Virus record (IMG/VR): IMGVR_UViG_3300035492_000236 | Origin: a virus | Taxonomy: Duplodnaviria > Caudoviricetes | DNA: 64,000 bases | Reading direction: 5' to 3' (one strand) | Shown: positions 18,456 through 28,088 of the stretch, one piece after another | Layout of the letters: every line of letters begins with the position of its first letter | Numbering within the stretch: the stretch's first letter is position 1 | Program-made: the position numbers and the translations under genes | Notes under the pieces: generated by a model | Databases searched by the model: none | The model's input: the letters and a program-made list of their open reading frames with translations, nothing else | Told to the model about the DNA's origin: nothing

Positions 18456-20705
18456 TCAGGGTACCAGGTCACCAATTACCAGGTCGTCACCGCTACCAGT
18501 ACCGCCGGCCAGTTCGCCGGTGAATACCATACCTTGAACCGGACGAGACTGGATGAACTCGCGCAGGCCGCGCGGGATGATCACGCCAGTGATCGGGCAG
18601 TGTACCACGTGGGTGTTACGGGTCTGCACGGTGATCTCGTTGGCGGTGCCTTCGTTACGGGTCAGGTTGGTATCGGTGATGAGCTCAGGTACCCAGATGT
18701 GGTTACCGAAGTTCAGCGGGTTGATGCCGTTGGTGCCGTCGGACACGTTGAAGAACCACTGGATGCGACCTTTCCAACGATTGTCGGCGGTGGTCACGAT
18801 TTCGTACTCGAACTGGTCACCCAGGGTCGGACGATTGGACTTGCGATCAATCCAGTTGGCGATCACGATGTCGGTCGCGATAATCACCTTGGGCTTGGTC
18901 ATGGTGTAACCGGACAGCATTTCCAGCGCAGGCTGGAAGCGGGATTCCTGCATGGCACGAACCACTTGCTCGCGGATCAGGCCCACGATGGTGGCAGCCA
19001 GGTTCTCATCCACGTCCTGAGAGTCTTTGGTGGACACCAGGTTGGCCACGTCGAACTCGAAGCGATCGAACCAAGGACGCACGTAGTGACGACCCACACC
19101 CTCGATCGGCAGTACGTCGTATTCGTTTTCCTTGGTAATACCCTTCACCACTTCTTCCAGCACGTCAGTCACGTTCAGGATCTTGGTGATACACTGAGAG
19201 CTGGTGCGGATACGGGAAGCGGTGATCAGTCGCTCAATAGCAGCGCCCTTGTCTTCACGGCCGATCGGCTTACGAGAAGTGATCGGGGAGCCCAGTTGGA
19301 TCTTGTAACGCTCGCGCTCAACTACGCCGTCCAGCAGCAGGCCTTTGGTACGACGGTTGGAGTTGTCACGGGTCATCTTGTACTCGTAACCTACGGGTAC
19401 GATTTCCAGCGCATCAACTACGGTCTTGCCGGCACCTTTGGTGTGGTCGATGCGGTCGCCGTCTTCGTTGGACAGTTCCAGGTACTCTACCGGAGAATGC
19501 ATGGACGATTCAACGCCGGTCTGCAGGTTCAGCTTGTTGTGCACGTCGATGGTGAAGCGCAGCTGGTAGCCGGCTGACTTCAGTTCGTCGAACGCAGTCA
19601 CGGGCTGACCGGCACGGTCAGTGCTGTCGCCAGACACGAGGAAAGCAGCACCGGAGAAGGACAGTTCCATGCCCATACCGTCGCCTTCCTGGCTCTTGTT
19701 GAAGGTAGAGCGCGGCAGGTTGGCGGTGTTCATCACCAGCACTTGGCGGGTGGTGTCAGCAGCGCCTTTCTTCTTCACGGTGAAGTACAGCTTGGCCAGT
19801 TCCACGCGACCGTTGATTTCGTCAGACTCATCCAGTACGCCGGAGGTAACCAGCTTGGGATGAGCAGACAGCTCCAGCATGTTCTTTTTCTTACCGGAGA
19901 AAGCCAGCGGGTTGGTCCGTACGCTGTAGTCACCGACCATCACGTGGTGCGGAGTTACCAGGCTGGCGTCAACGAAGTTCTCGGCGTTGTCGCCATCTTC
20001 CAACATGTAGGGAACGATGTCGATGGAACGGTCTTCCAGGACGGTGTGGTCAGACACGGCATCCAGGATGTTACGGCGCTGGAACGGTACGCTGTCTTTG
20101 GAGCGTACGGCATGACGTACGGCGCGGTGCACCATGGACTTGTTGATTTCCATCAGCAGACCAGCATCAGTGGGGTCAGCCACAACGGTGGGCATGATAG
20201 TTTCAGCGAAGTTGTCCTGACGGGCGGCCTGTACGTTGAAGGTAAAGGAAGCGGCCAGGTGCTTGTCCAGAGCTTGTTCGGTGAAGTATTCCAGGGCGAT
20301 GCTTTCAGCACCTTGGTCGCTCAGGCCGTGGGCACCGGCCAGGATGGCAGGGCCATCAACGTCGCCAGATTCCAGCGCAGGGAAATCAGTACGCATGGCG
20401 GCATGAGCGTAACCGACCAGGTCACCTTTGGCCATGGCGATGATAGCACCGGCTTGTTTCTGAGCTTCGGTCAGTTCGACATGGCTCTCGGCAGCGATAG
20501 CTTGAGCCAGTTGGTCACCCAGCTTCTCTTCGAGGTTGGCACGGTGAGTCATGCTCACACCGTCCATGTGGGATTCCAGGCCGATCACGTTACCAACGGC
20601 CTTGCCGTCGCGCAGTTCGGTTTCGTTGGTGGCGAGCAGGTTCTCAGCAGCAGAATACATCTTGCTGAAGCCGACGCTAGCCTGACCTTTATTGAGTTTT
20701 GCCAT
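18456..20705 (-). CDS. Major capsid protein (phiKZ gp120-like)
   Basis: 749 aa, extreme codon bias, propeptide with xLE sites (IGLE, ALES, IALE), QARQDxF-like AARQDNFAE, NPLNFG and ELITD; flanked by gp119- and gp122-like genes. Confidence 0.92.
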   Translation of the reverse strand: MAKLNKGQASVGFSKMYSAAENLLATNETELRDGKAVGNVIGLESHMDGVSMTHRANLEEKLGDQLAQAIAAESHVELTEAQKQAGAIIAMAKGDLVGYAHAAMRTDFPALESGDVDGPAILAGAHGLSDQGAESIALEYFTEQALDKHLAASFTFNVQAARQDNFAETIMPTVVADPTDAGLLMEINKSMVHRAVRHAVRSKDSVPFQRRNILDAVSDHTVLEDRSIDIVPYMLEDGDNAENFVDASLVTPHHVMVGDYSVRTNPLAFSGKKKNMLELSAHPKLVTSGVLDESDEINGRVELAKLYFTVKKKGAADTTRQVLVMNTANLPRSTFNKSQEGDGMGMELSFSGAAFLVSGDSTDRAGQPVTAFDELKSAGYQLRFTIDVHNKLNLQTGVESSMHSPVEYLELSNEDGDRIDHTKGAGKTVVDALEIVPVGYEYKMTRDNSNRRTKGLLLDGVVERERYKIQLGSPITSRKPIGREDKGAAIERLITASRIRTSSQCITKILNVTDVLEEVVKGITKENEYDVLPIEGVGRHYVRPWFDRFEFDVANLVSTKDSQDVDENLAATIVGLIREQVVRAMQESRFQPALEMLSGYTMTKPKVIIATDIVIANWIDRKSNRPTLGDQFEYEIVTTADNRWKGRIQWFFNVSDGTNGINPLNFGNHIWVPELITDTNLTRNEGTANEITVQTRNTHVVHCPITGVIIPRGLREFIQSRPVQGMVFTGELAGGTGSGDDLVIGDLVP

Positions 20706-20773
20706 TGTGACTTTTCCTTAATTGTTTTACATGTAAAAACAAACAGTACAAATTTCGCGATGCTAGCGACATG

Positions 20774-21325
20774 TTAGCACGGAATACTTTCCACATACAA
20801 TGTGGTCAGCGACGGATTGTCCCGGAAGACCGAGGATTTGTCCACCGCCCCATTTTGGATACGCAAGCGGTTATGCATAACAGCCAACATATCAGTGATC
20901 ACAGTATAGCGTTTGTCAACACCATCTTGCGTCTGATGCTCGCCACATCCCCCTATAATATAGATGGATGCGCCTTCAGACTGTGTGTCCACGGTAAAGG
21001 TGATTTGTGCGAACTCGCCCACGCCAGACGCCAACAACCCAGGGTTCGGTTCTCGATCCCGACCTTGCTGCAAATATGCTTCAAGTTCCGGCATATCGGG
21101 AAGTGGGTGGGCAAACAACGAGTTGTACATAAGATACAGTTCCGGGCCGTATTCCTTACCCCTGGTTAAAAAATTAAAGAACTCTATCTGGGCTTTGTGG
21201 TAATTAATAACATCAACTTGAGATACTATAGTCGACGTCAGGTTCTCATCAAGTACAGCGAACGACGTGCCCGTGGATTGCAGGTCCTCACGGAGCCAGT
21301 CGGGAATGAACACTAACTTGGCCAT
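20774..21325 (-). CDS. Minor capsid/virion protein (phiKZ gp119-like by synteny)
   Basis: 183 aa, between MCP and the divergent DnaB. Confidence 0.55.
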   Translation of the reverse strand: MAKLVFIPDWLREDLQSTGTSFAVLDENLTSTIVSQVDVINYHKAQIEFFNFLTRGKEYGPELYLMYNSLFAHPLPDMPELEAYLQQGRDREPNPGLLASGVGEFAQITFTVDTQSEGASIYIIGGCGEHQTQDGVDKRYTVITDMLAVMHNRLRIQNGAVDKSSVFRDNPSLTTLYVESIPC

Positions 21326-21362
21326 TACTTATTTCCTCATTTGAATTTTTTTCAGGGGCAGC

Positions 21363-22877
21363 ATGGAACAGAAAATTGCACTCGTGAATAGTCTTGCGTT
21401 GATCTATCACGAAAGTAAACTCGGTGAGCGCGGCCGCTATAACGCTCTTATTAAGAAAGTCATAGCCAGTATTAAAACCCCCGAACTGATGGCTGACGGG
21501 GACAGTCAAGCTGCACTGGCTGGCGTTAAGTCCATCGTTAAGGACTTGGTAGAGGACGACCTGGTCTTTGATCGCAAAGCGATCCTACAAAAGATTCGGA
21601 TTTATTGCTCTTTAGACCAATCATTTTACAAAAATATCGAGCATGCGCTGTCAGACGATGAAGACTCTGTAGATGATGTTAAGAAAACCATTGCCAGTTA
21701 CGCGTCGCAGCTGAGCCTGTACAGTAACCGCAGTGAAATGCGGAGATTGATCTCACGAGCATCGTTTGCCGTGAATAATGACGCAGAAGCCAACCTGAAA
21801 GAAGTGGCGCAAGAACTCCAGCATGAGCTGTCCAAACTCAATCGCCATGGTGGGAATGCGGCACGACCTAGTTTGGTGGCCTCAGTTGGGACAGACAACC
21901 CGGAAGGGTTCGAAAAGATCTTTGAGAACACCAAACGTCAGCTTGAAGGTAATGTCCTTAAGACCGGCTGGAAGTTCCTGAACCGCATGATGGGCATCAA
22001 CAACGGCATCGTCCCTGGTGAGCTGTGGCTAATGCCAGCGCTCCCCCACAACGCCAAGACCACGTTCTCACTGATGCTGTCGCTGAGCCTGGGATTGTTT
22101 AACGACCCAGCACCATTCGTCCCTGAAGGTAAGAAGGCCATGATCCTCGATCTCTCTTTTGAGAACGAGTTGGAAACTAACTTGCCGATTGCGTACAAGG
22201 CCATCAAGGAGAACCTGGAAGGGGTACCGGTCAACATCAAAGACATTGATCCTGCAGAGGCTTCTAAGTACGTTTGTGACAAGCTCCGGGAGCGCGGTTG
22301 GGAATACAAGTTCGAGCGACACATCAACTCGGCTTTTGAGATCTCGGCGCTAGAAGAGACCTTTGCGCTGTACGAGTCACAGGGCTACCATATCGTGGTG
22401 TGTCGTGCAGACTATCTTGGCACTATTAATCGAGCAGGGCTGGGTAATGGTACTATTGGCAGTGACGTGCGTGAGTTGTACCGCCTGGCACGTAACGTTT
22501 GCGCGCCTCGTAAGTGTGCCTTGTTGGCTCCACATCAATTGTCTCCTAAAGCCAAGGAACTGAAGTCCATTGATCCAATGAAGTACGTTCGGTTACTGCC
22601 AGGTAAGGGCTACTACGACGGCTGTACCACGGTGGATAACGAGGCTGACGGTGAACTGTACTTCGGTATTACAGAAGTGAACGAGCAGTCGTTCCTGGAA
22701 GTGCAGCGTGGCAAGCACCGGACACTGGTGGATACACCGGTGGCACACCGCTACCGTGTCATCCCTTTCAGCGATATGGGCACCTTACCGTGGGATGTGC
22801 ACCTTGATAAAGACAACAGCATTAAATCGGTGAACACCAACTCTATACTGGGTGAGATGGACGGCCTCTTCGGATAA
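21363..22877 (+). CDS. dnaB: DnaB-like replicative helicase (phiKZ gp118-like)
   Basis: LKTGWKFLNRMMG...GELWLMPALPHNAKTT (family-variant Walker A), CRADYL (Walker B-like), PHQLS and QRGKHR. Confidence 0.88.
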   Translation: MEQKIALVNSLALIYHESKLGERGRYNALIKKVIASIKTPELMADGDSQAALAGVKSIVKDLVEDDLVFDRKAILQKIRIYCSLDQSFYKNIEHALSDDEDSVDDVKKTIASYASQLSLYSNRSEMRRLISRASFAVNNDAEANLKEVAQELQHELSKLNRHGGNAARPSLVASVGTDNPEGFEKIFENTKRQLEGNVLKTGWKFLNRMMGINNGIVPGELWLMPALPHNAKTTFSLMLSLSLGLFNDPAPFVPEGKKAMILDLSFENELETNLPIAYKAIKENLEGVPVNIKDIDPAEASKYVCDKLRERGWEYKFERHINSAFEISALEETFALYESQGYHIVVCRADYLGTINRAGLGNGTIGSDVRELYRLARNVCAPRKCALLAPHQLSPKAKELKSIDPMKYVRLLPGKGYYDGCTTVDNEADGELYFGITEVNEQSFLEVQRGKHRTLVDTPVAHRYRVIPFSDMGTLPWDVHLDKDNSIKSVNTNSILGEMDGLFG

Positions 22878-22918
22878 AAAAAAAAACAAAAAAAAAAAAG
22901 GAGGGGCTAAGCCCCTCC
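22876..22918 (-). terminator. Rho-independent terminator between convergent genes
   Basis: GGAGGGG/CCCCTCC stem with a long T run on the minus strand. Confidence 0.75.
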
Positions 22919-22921
22919 CAG

Positions 22922-23431
22922 TTATTTTCTTTTTTGCCGCATGACGGATTTAATCGTCGGGGCGGCGTTGATTTCTTTCAGGAAGGTGAGGTAAAGCTGA
23001 CGCATGCGTTGGTACGCATCCTTGCGCTCTTGCTGATTATCTGCGGTGGTGAGTACTGCACGTTGGAATGCCACCTGCTGCTTCAGCTCCTTCCGGCAGA
23101 CGTCAGGAATCACCCGTTTACCCTCGGCTTTGCTCAGTGCCAACAACACCGAGGAGTCCATTAGGAAAGCATCGCGATCGAACAGCTTTAAGAGTTCGTC
23201 CTCCTCAGGCTTACAGGTGGGTTTGTTGTTCTTCACTGGCTTAGTAAAGTCAAGCGTCGCAATGCTAACGTTGACATCCACCAACTCAGTGACCTGTTCA
23301 CGGGGAAGTGGCAAACCACAAACCACGATAGTGTCTTTATCTACCACCACATCGTCGGTAAATCCCTCGAACCACTCCTTGGCGCAGAATGGACCAACTT
23401 TGTTAATCTGGTAACCCTTAACGTATTTCAT
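22922..23431 (-). CDS. Hypothetical protein (169 aa)
   Basis: GGAG RBS, co-oriented with 23454..23855. Confidence 0.7.
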   Translation of the reverse strand: MKYVKGYQINKVGPFCAKEWFEGFTDDVVVDKDTIVVCGLPLPREQVTELVDVNVSIATLDFTKPVKNNKPTCKPEEDELLKLFDRDAFLMDSSVLLALSKAEGKRVIPDVCRKELKQQVAFQRAVLTTADNQQERKDAYQRMRQLYLTFLKEINAAPTIKSVMRQKRK

Positions 23432-23453
23432 CTGAACTCCATTATTGTTATTT

Positions 23454-23855
23454 TTATTGATAGGCGCGCACAGTCTCGTACAATCTACCGCGGAGATTAT
23501 CTACGTCCACGGTACCTTTAGTGGCAACGGTCATCCTGAATTCTTTCATTAACACATCAGCCTCACGCTGGAAACGTTCGATGATGTCTGCGCTTTTGTT
23601 ATTAGCGATAACACAGGCGGCAATCGCGCGAGTGCTGTCAGATACCCGCGTCACGAAGTCGACGTAAGCGGCATCGCCTGCTAACTCATCCTCAACCCGA
23701 ATGAGTGAGGACGCTTCAATGGGAATCCCGCCGTAACTGAGATATTCACCAGAGATACGTAAATGTTTCAGTGGCACCACGTATTGTACCGGCTTGGTGG
23801 TCAGTTTGCCACCAACAGACACTTCGGTGACCAGACCTTTCAGAATGTACAGCAT
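23454..23855 (-). CDS. Hypothetical protein (133 aa)
   Basis: Start moved to ATG 23855 (GGAG RBS), which places the promoter motif about 34 nt upstream. Confidence 0.65.
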   Translation of the reverse strand: MLYILKGLVTEVSVGGKLTTKPVQYVVPLKHLRISGEYLSYGGIPIEASSLIRVEDELAGDAAYVDFVTRVSDSTRAIAACVIANNKSADIIERFQREADVLMKEFRMTVATKGTVDVDNLRGRLYETVRAYQ

Positions 23856-23888
23856 GCTAAACTCCAAGTATGGTTGTTGGTTCACCTC

Positions 23889-23903
23889 GATAATATATAT
23901 CTG
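23889..23903 (-). promoter_or_regulatory. AT-rich phage promoter-like motif (GATAATATATATCTG)
   Basis: Near-identical to 5039-5053. Confidence 0.55.
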
Positions 23904-23923
23904 AAGATTTTTTTATACGGCAC

Positions 23924-23951
23924 AAAAAAGAGGAGAGGCCGAAGCCTCTCC
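23924..23951 (-). terminator. Rho-independent terminator
   Basis: GGAGAGGC-TTCG-GCCTCTCC then TCTTTTTT. Confidence 0.85.
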
Positions 23952-24080
23952 AAAAATCAGGATTCAATGACTAACAACAACTAACCCCGCGCAAGTACAG
24001 GTGAACGTAACCCACGCATCGTAAACACTCAGAGTTCGCAACTTTACCCAGAGGTTGTCTACATAGTATAACGGTTTGTT

Positions 24081-24809
24081 TTAGTTAGCCTTAACACAAC
24101 CCATTACGTCGGCCCGATACCGGTCGCCGTTGTAGCTCACGGTGGCGGTAACACCGCTCTGCTCCACCACCGCAGTACCTAGACTGCGATAGATAACTGC
24201 CCCACACACTGTCGGTCCAAACTCGTCGTCCTTTTTCAAGGACTGGCGAGTGACGTTATGCGGTACAGTAACCGCGGCATTCAGTGCAAGATAACGCCCT
24301 ACCACTAACACCGGGTACACAACCGGCACTCGCTCTACCGGCTGAGGCCCCACCCACACCGCATCTTCCATCAGTACGTCAGTCATGCAGACCACACCAT
24401 GCTCCCGCCACCGGGTGATGTGGTCAACACGGTACGCGCTGAACGGCACGTGCTCCATCTCAGTCTCGACCATTGCCGGAGTAATGTCGTGGACCAATTC
24501 CAACTCACCGCAGCCGAAGGCAACACCGAGCTTGGTAGCAACTGTCTCGATGAACTCCCAACTCTGATACGGTAGGGCAGTACGCAGAACCGCAGGCAGG
24601 GTGTACAATCCGATTGCAGCCTTGATCAAGTCTTCTTCTACCTTGGCTTCAACGGTAACTTCTTTGCTGTCGATGGTCACAGTGGACATTACCGGGTTGA
24701 TGGACACCGATGTTGGGTTGGTCACCGCCTGTCCGAGCAGCTGCATCACATACTCGTTAAACGCAGGTGAGTACAAAGTTGGATCAACGTTGACGATCTT
24801 GGAAGACAT
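24081..24809 (-). CDS. Hypothetical protein (242 aa)
   Basis: AGGA RBS; long ORF with typical codon use. Confidence 0.7.
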   Translation of the reverse strand: MSSKIVNVDPTLYSPAFNEYVMQLLGQAVTNPTSVSINPVMSTVTIDSKEVTVEAKVEEDLIKAAIGLYTLPAVLRTALPYQSWEFIETVATKLGVAFGCGELELVHDITPAMVETEMEHVPFSAYRVDHITRWREHGVVCMTDVLMEDAVWVGPQPVERVPVVYPVLVVGRYLALNAAVTVPHNVTRQSLKKDDEFGPTVCGAVIYRSLGTAVVEQSGVTATVSYNGDRYRADVMGCVKAN

Positions 24810-24843
24810 AAAGTATCCTTTTCTAGTGCATGTAATGGTTATT

Positions 24844-26166
24844 TCACATCATGCCATCATCCTTTAAAAATAACGACAAACGTACTACGTTGCGGTGCTC
24901 TGGTTCGATGAAGCCTTTCTGCGGGATCGACGAAACCAGCTCTGCCGAAAGCAATGTGCCATAACGTTGCTTCAGCACTCCATTCGCCCCGTAATAGAAA
25001 GTGGTGGGCATGCCTGGCCGTAACGGCTCCAAGGTTCCATGTAACCAAGTCACGTCCACTACCTCACCGCCACGTTGGGCCATTACTGACGCAATGACCA
25101 GTGGGTTGTCTGAAAACCGGGTTGATGACGTCACCGTGTTCTGAATGTCTTTAAGGTGTCGACTGCCACGATACTCCGTCATGTATTGTTCTGGCAGGCG
25201 CTCTGGATCAACCGTAGGGTCCGAGGTGGATGTGTTACCATTAATAGACCGCATGTCCGCATACCGCACTCCCGTCCCGCCGTTCAGCGCATCCTCGTCA
25301 CTATATCGTCGGTGCTTGGTTTCCCCTGTCGCGATCACTGTCACGGTCTTACCTACGATATGAAAGTTCTTAGGCACGTCCCGATAACGCGCCGGAGGCG
25401 CGTTAAACACCACCAACCGAGGGATGTCGTAATCACGCTTGGTGATATTGAACGGCGCAAAGATGTGCCACTCTAGCCCGCGAAGGAAGCAGCCCAGCCC
25501 TTGGGCATATATCCCATACTCACGTTGCAGGTAGTCAGGGAACGCCATGAATCGCGTCCCTTCCGGTATTTTAATCGGATTGAACTTTCGCTGAGACGCG
25601 CCAGGTTCAACCGTAACTGTGGCCACGGCTTCGGTTTGGCTGAGTCGGTCATGTAGCCTGGTTTTAGCCAAATAATGCCGTAGCACATCTACTGCGCAGC
25701 AGTTTGGATAGATGGCACCGATTTCCCGTAGGCGAAGATCAAAGGCTGCCGAGGTGATCAGCTGGAACGTGATCACTGAGAACGTCGTCAAGTCCAGCGC
25801 GCCAGGCTCTGCGACGTCGGTGATGTTACCATCACGCTTACCGTCTTGGTGACTGATAATCACCGCATGGTACTCTTTAGTGTACGGCGTACCTCCCTCA
25901 TAAGGTCGCTGTGTCAGTTTCATGGTCATGTCTTCGTGGCCGTGCAACACCAACTCGGTGTAATGCGACGCTTGCATTGCCACCGTCACTTGAATATCTT
26001 CAAACAAGTTCTCCAAATAAAGGTGACGCTCCGTCAGGGCGGTAACCGCCACCGACTTAAACCGCATGCCAGAAACCGAAACCTCCGCATCATAGCGAAA
26101 CGACGGCAGCGACACCGCCCGCGTTAGCTGGCGGTTGATGGCATTGATGAACGGATCTACACTCAC
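24844..26166 (-). CDS. Virion structural protein (phiKZ gp101-like by synteny)
   Basis: 440 aa, last gene of the structural run 29658-24844. Confidence 0.6.
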   Translation of the reverse strand: MSVDPFINAINRQLTRAVSLPSFRYDAEVSVSGMRFKSVAVTALTERHLYLENLFEDIQVTVAMQASHYTELVLHGHEDMTMKLTQRPYEGGTPYTKEYHAVIISHQDGKRDGNITDVAEPGALDLTTFSVITFQLITSAAFDLRLREIGAIYPNCCAVDVLRHYLAKTRLHDRLSQTEAVATVTVEPGASQRKFNPIKIPEGTRFMAFPDYLQREYGIYAQGLGCFLRGLEWHIFAPFNITKRDYDIPRLVVFNAPPARYRDVPKNFHIVGKTVTVIATGETKHRRYSDEDALNGGTGVRYADMRSINGNTSTSDPTVDPERLPEQYMTEYRGSRHLKDIQNTVTSSTRFSDNPLVIASVMAQRGGEVVDVTWLHGTLEPLRPGMPTTFYYGANGVLKQRYGTLLSAELVSSIPQKGFIEPEHRNVVRLSLFLKDDGMM

Positions 26167-26720
26167 GACCTGCCTCCTAACCGGTGACGTATGGTGGCCT
26201 GTTGATGGATTTCGGCAAAGATGGATTCATCATGTTCGAAGTCCTTCAACTGGATCGGTGCCACGAAGCCGGAGGAGAACGTCCGGTGATGTCGCTTCTG
26301 CTCGCTGGGGATCTCCAGTTCCACCAAACCGTGACGTCGGCCTATTTTGGCCATTTGTCTCGCTAAGTCGTTGAACTCCCGCAGCCCTTTCAGCGGCACC
26401 GCCTTGCGACGAATCGCCCCCTGCGTCACGACACGATGCCAATCATTAAGGTGATCTGCCAGCATCCGGTAAATCACTACTGCGTCTTTGGGATCGTGGA
26501 TATCAACCCGCACTTTCCGGCCAGCGAACTCTGCTGCTTCCGCAGGTGTCATGTACACTGGCTCCATGGCTGATGCCAATTGCAGATCCCACGCTTCATT
26601 ACCAGTGGAGACCCTGCCGAAATACTCGGTGTCGTTTTCATCAAACGTTTCGTTTCGTGGGACGTAAAACATGTAAGGGTAATGGAACAGCTTATATGCT
26701 GCGGAATGTTCTTCTTTCAT
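26163..26720 (-). CDS. Hypothetical protein (phiKZ gp100-like by synteny)
   Basis: 185 aa, translationally coupled to its neighbours. Confidence 0.6.
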   Translation of the reverse strand: MKEEHSAAYKLFHYPYMFYVPRNETFDENDTEYFGRVSTGNEAWDLQLASAMEPVYMTPAEAAEFAGRKVRVDIHDPKDAVVIYRMLADHLNDWHRVVTQGAIRRKAVPLKGLREFNDLARQMAKIGRRHGLVELEIPSEQKRHHRTFSSGFVAPIQLKDFEHDESIFAEIHQQATIRHRLGGRS

Positions 26721-28088
26721 TTAGTCACCTCGACGGCAATAATGAATTAGGACCAGCAGAATCGGCATATAGTAATACTGGTGTTGGCGCGGTTCGAGGA
26801 AGATCGACTCACACAGCCACTGTACGAGCTCACCACTGACACGTTCGCCTTGCAGCATCCGATACGACAACAGCTCCAGCACTGACATCTGGACCGGGTC
26901 TTCATCGTAGAATGCGCTTGAGAGCACGTAGGACGTTCCTGACAGTGTCGGGAACACGGGCCGATCAATCAGTTGATGTTTCTCCGCCAGGGCGTCAGGG
27001 AGCATCTGAGGGGTTGTAATAGCGTCATTGTCGGAGAAGTCGACCCATGCAGTGCACACTCGGATGGCGTCCGGGTAATCCGGCACACCGCCGTCTGGGT
27101 AAATGGCCTGACTATAAGGCGACCATGTCACCCCACGGTACGCGGCAATCCCCCCGAACGCTTTGACAGACGTCCCTCCTAGTTTCCGACAAGCATCCAT
27201 CATGGGCCAGAATGCCATCTCCCGGAACGCATCCCATAGCGTGGGAATGTCCTCAGCATCCACCGTACCGTATCGGTACAAGTCAATGGGACGCAAGACA
27301 TCACCTAACCCCACGTGTTGACAGAACGCCGCATGGAACCCATCGTACGTCAACGTTGGTAAGTTGGGTAGTGCAATAGAGTTCACCGCCCGTGACCAAA
27401 AACGGTCCATGAACTGCTGGCGGATGCGAACATCATATTCGTTCAAGCTCAGCAACCGTCGGTGGGCTTCTTTCGACATGAACGGACTGTCGTGCAGCTC
27501 CACCATGCTGGTTTCAAACACCACAGATTCCACTACCTTGGCTTCCAGGTCAGTTTCCCATACCGTGGTGTATTCACTCACCAACTGATAACGAATGCGG
27601 TAGGTGGCCGATTTGGTGTCGATCAGTCGCTCACTGGAGGTGATGAGAAACAACCCGGTTCTGCCAGAGCCAATGTCCGCAACGAACATGTCACCCGTGT
27701 TCGGGATGAGACCATACTCGATCGCTCCCTCACCAGTGACAGTGAACTCCTTAGTCTGAGTGTCTTGCACTGGCTCCAGTGCCTGGTCAACCTTGATGAC
27801 CATCCCTTCTACTTTCAGGTATTGCTGATGAGCTGGGAGAGTACCACGTTGCAAGGGCTGCAAAACATCGTCCAGTCCCAATTGTTGGCGATAATAATCG
27901 ACTGTCCAGCCATCGCCGCCGGTGTGAATGATCAAGTGACTGACAGGGGCATATTCGGTATCCACTATCGCTTTGCGGTCGGCAACATCAGTCACTACAG
28001 GTTTATGTTCTACCACGCCATCCAAGGACGTCTGTGGATTACTGCCGACGGGTGGCTTGGGGGTTGGTTTACGCGCTGCGAGTGCCAT
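26721..28088 (-). CDS. Virion structural protein (phiKZ gp99-like by synteny)
   Basis: 455 aa; WTVDYYRQ and IPNTGDMFVAD, beta-rich N-half. Confidence 0.6.
   Translation of the reverse strand: MALAARKPTPKPPVGSNPQTSLDGVVEHKPVVTDVADRKAIVDTEYAPVSHLIIHTGGDGWTVDYYRQQLGLDDVLQPLQRGTLPAHQQYLKVEGMVIKVDQALEPVQDTQTKEFTVTGEGAIEYGLIPNTGDMFVADIGSGRTGLFLITSSERLIDTKSATYRIRYQLVSEYTTVWETDLEAKVVESVVFETSMVELHDSPFMSKEAHRRLLSLNEYDVRIRQQFMDRFWSRAVNSIALPNLPTLTYDGFHAAFCQHVGLGDVLRPIDLYRYGTVDAEDIPTLWDAFREMAFWPMMDACRKLGGTSVKAFGGIAAYRGVTWSPYSQAIYPDGGVPDYPDAIRVCTAWVDFSDNDAITTPQMLPDALAEKHQLIDRPVFPTLSGTSYVLSSAFYDEDPVQMSVLELLSYRMLQGERVSGELVQWLCESIFLEPRQHQYYYMPILLVLIHYCRRGD

Noticed and set aside
21990-22075. Non-canonical Walker A (ALPHNAKT) suggesting an inactive DnaB
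   Set aside because: Similar variants are typical of phiKZ-like DnaB helicases as I recall them, and the other motifs are intact.
22876-22899. Very long A run after dnaB as a possible phase-variation tract
   Set aside because: Intergenic and explained as the T-tail of the opposite-strand terminator; its length may also be a sequencing artefact.
23966-24083. In-frame 38-codon open stretch after the TAA of 24081..24809 (possible readthrough)
   Set aside because: TAA is rarely read through, no stimulatory context was seen, and an open run of this length is plausible by chance.
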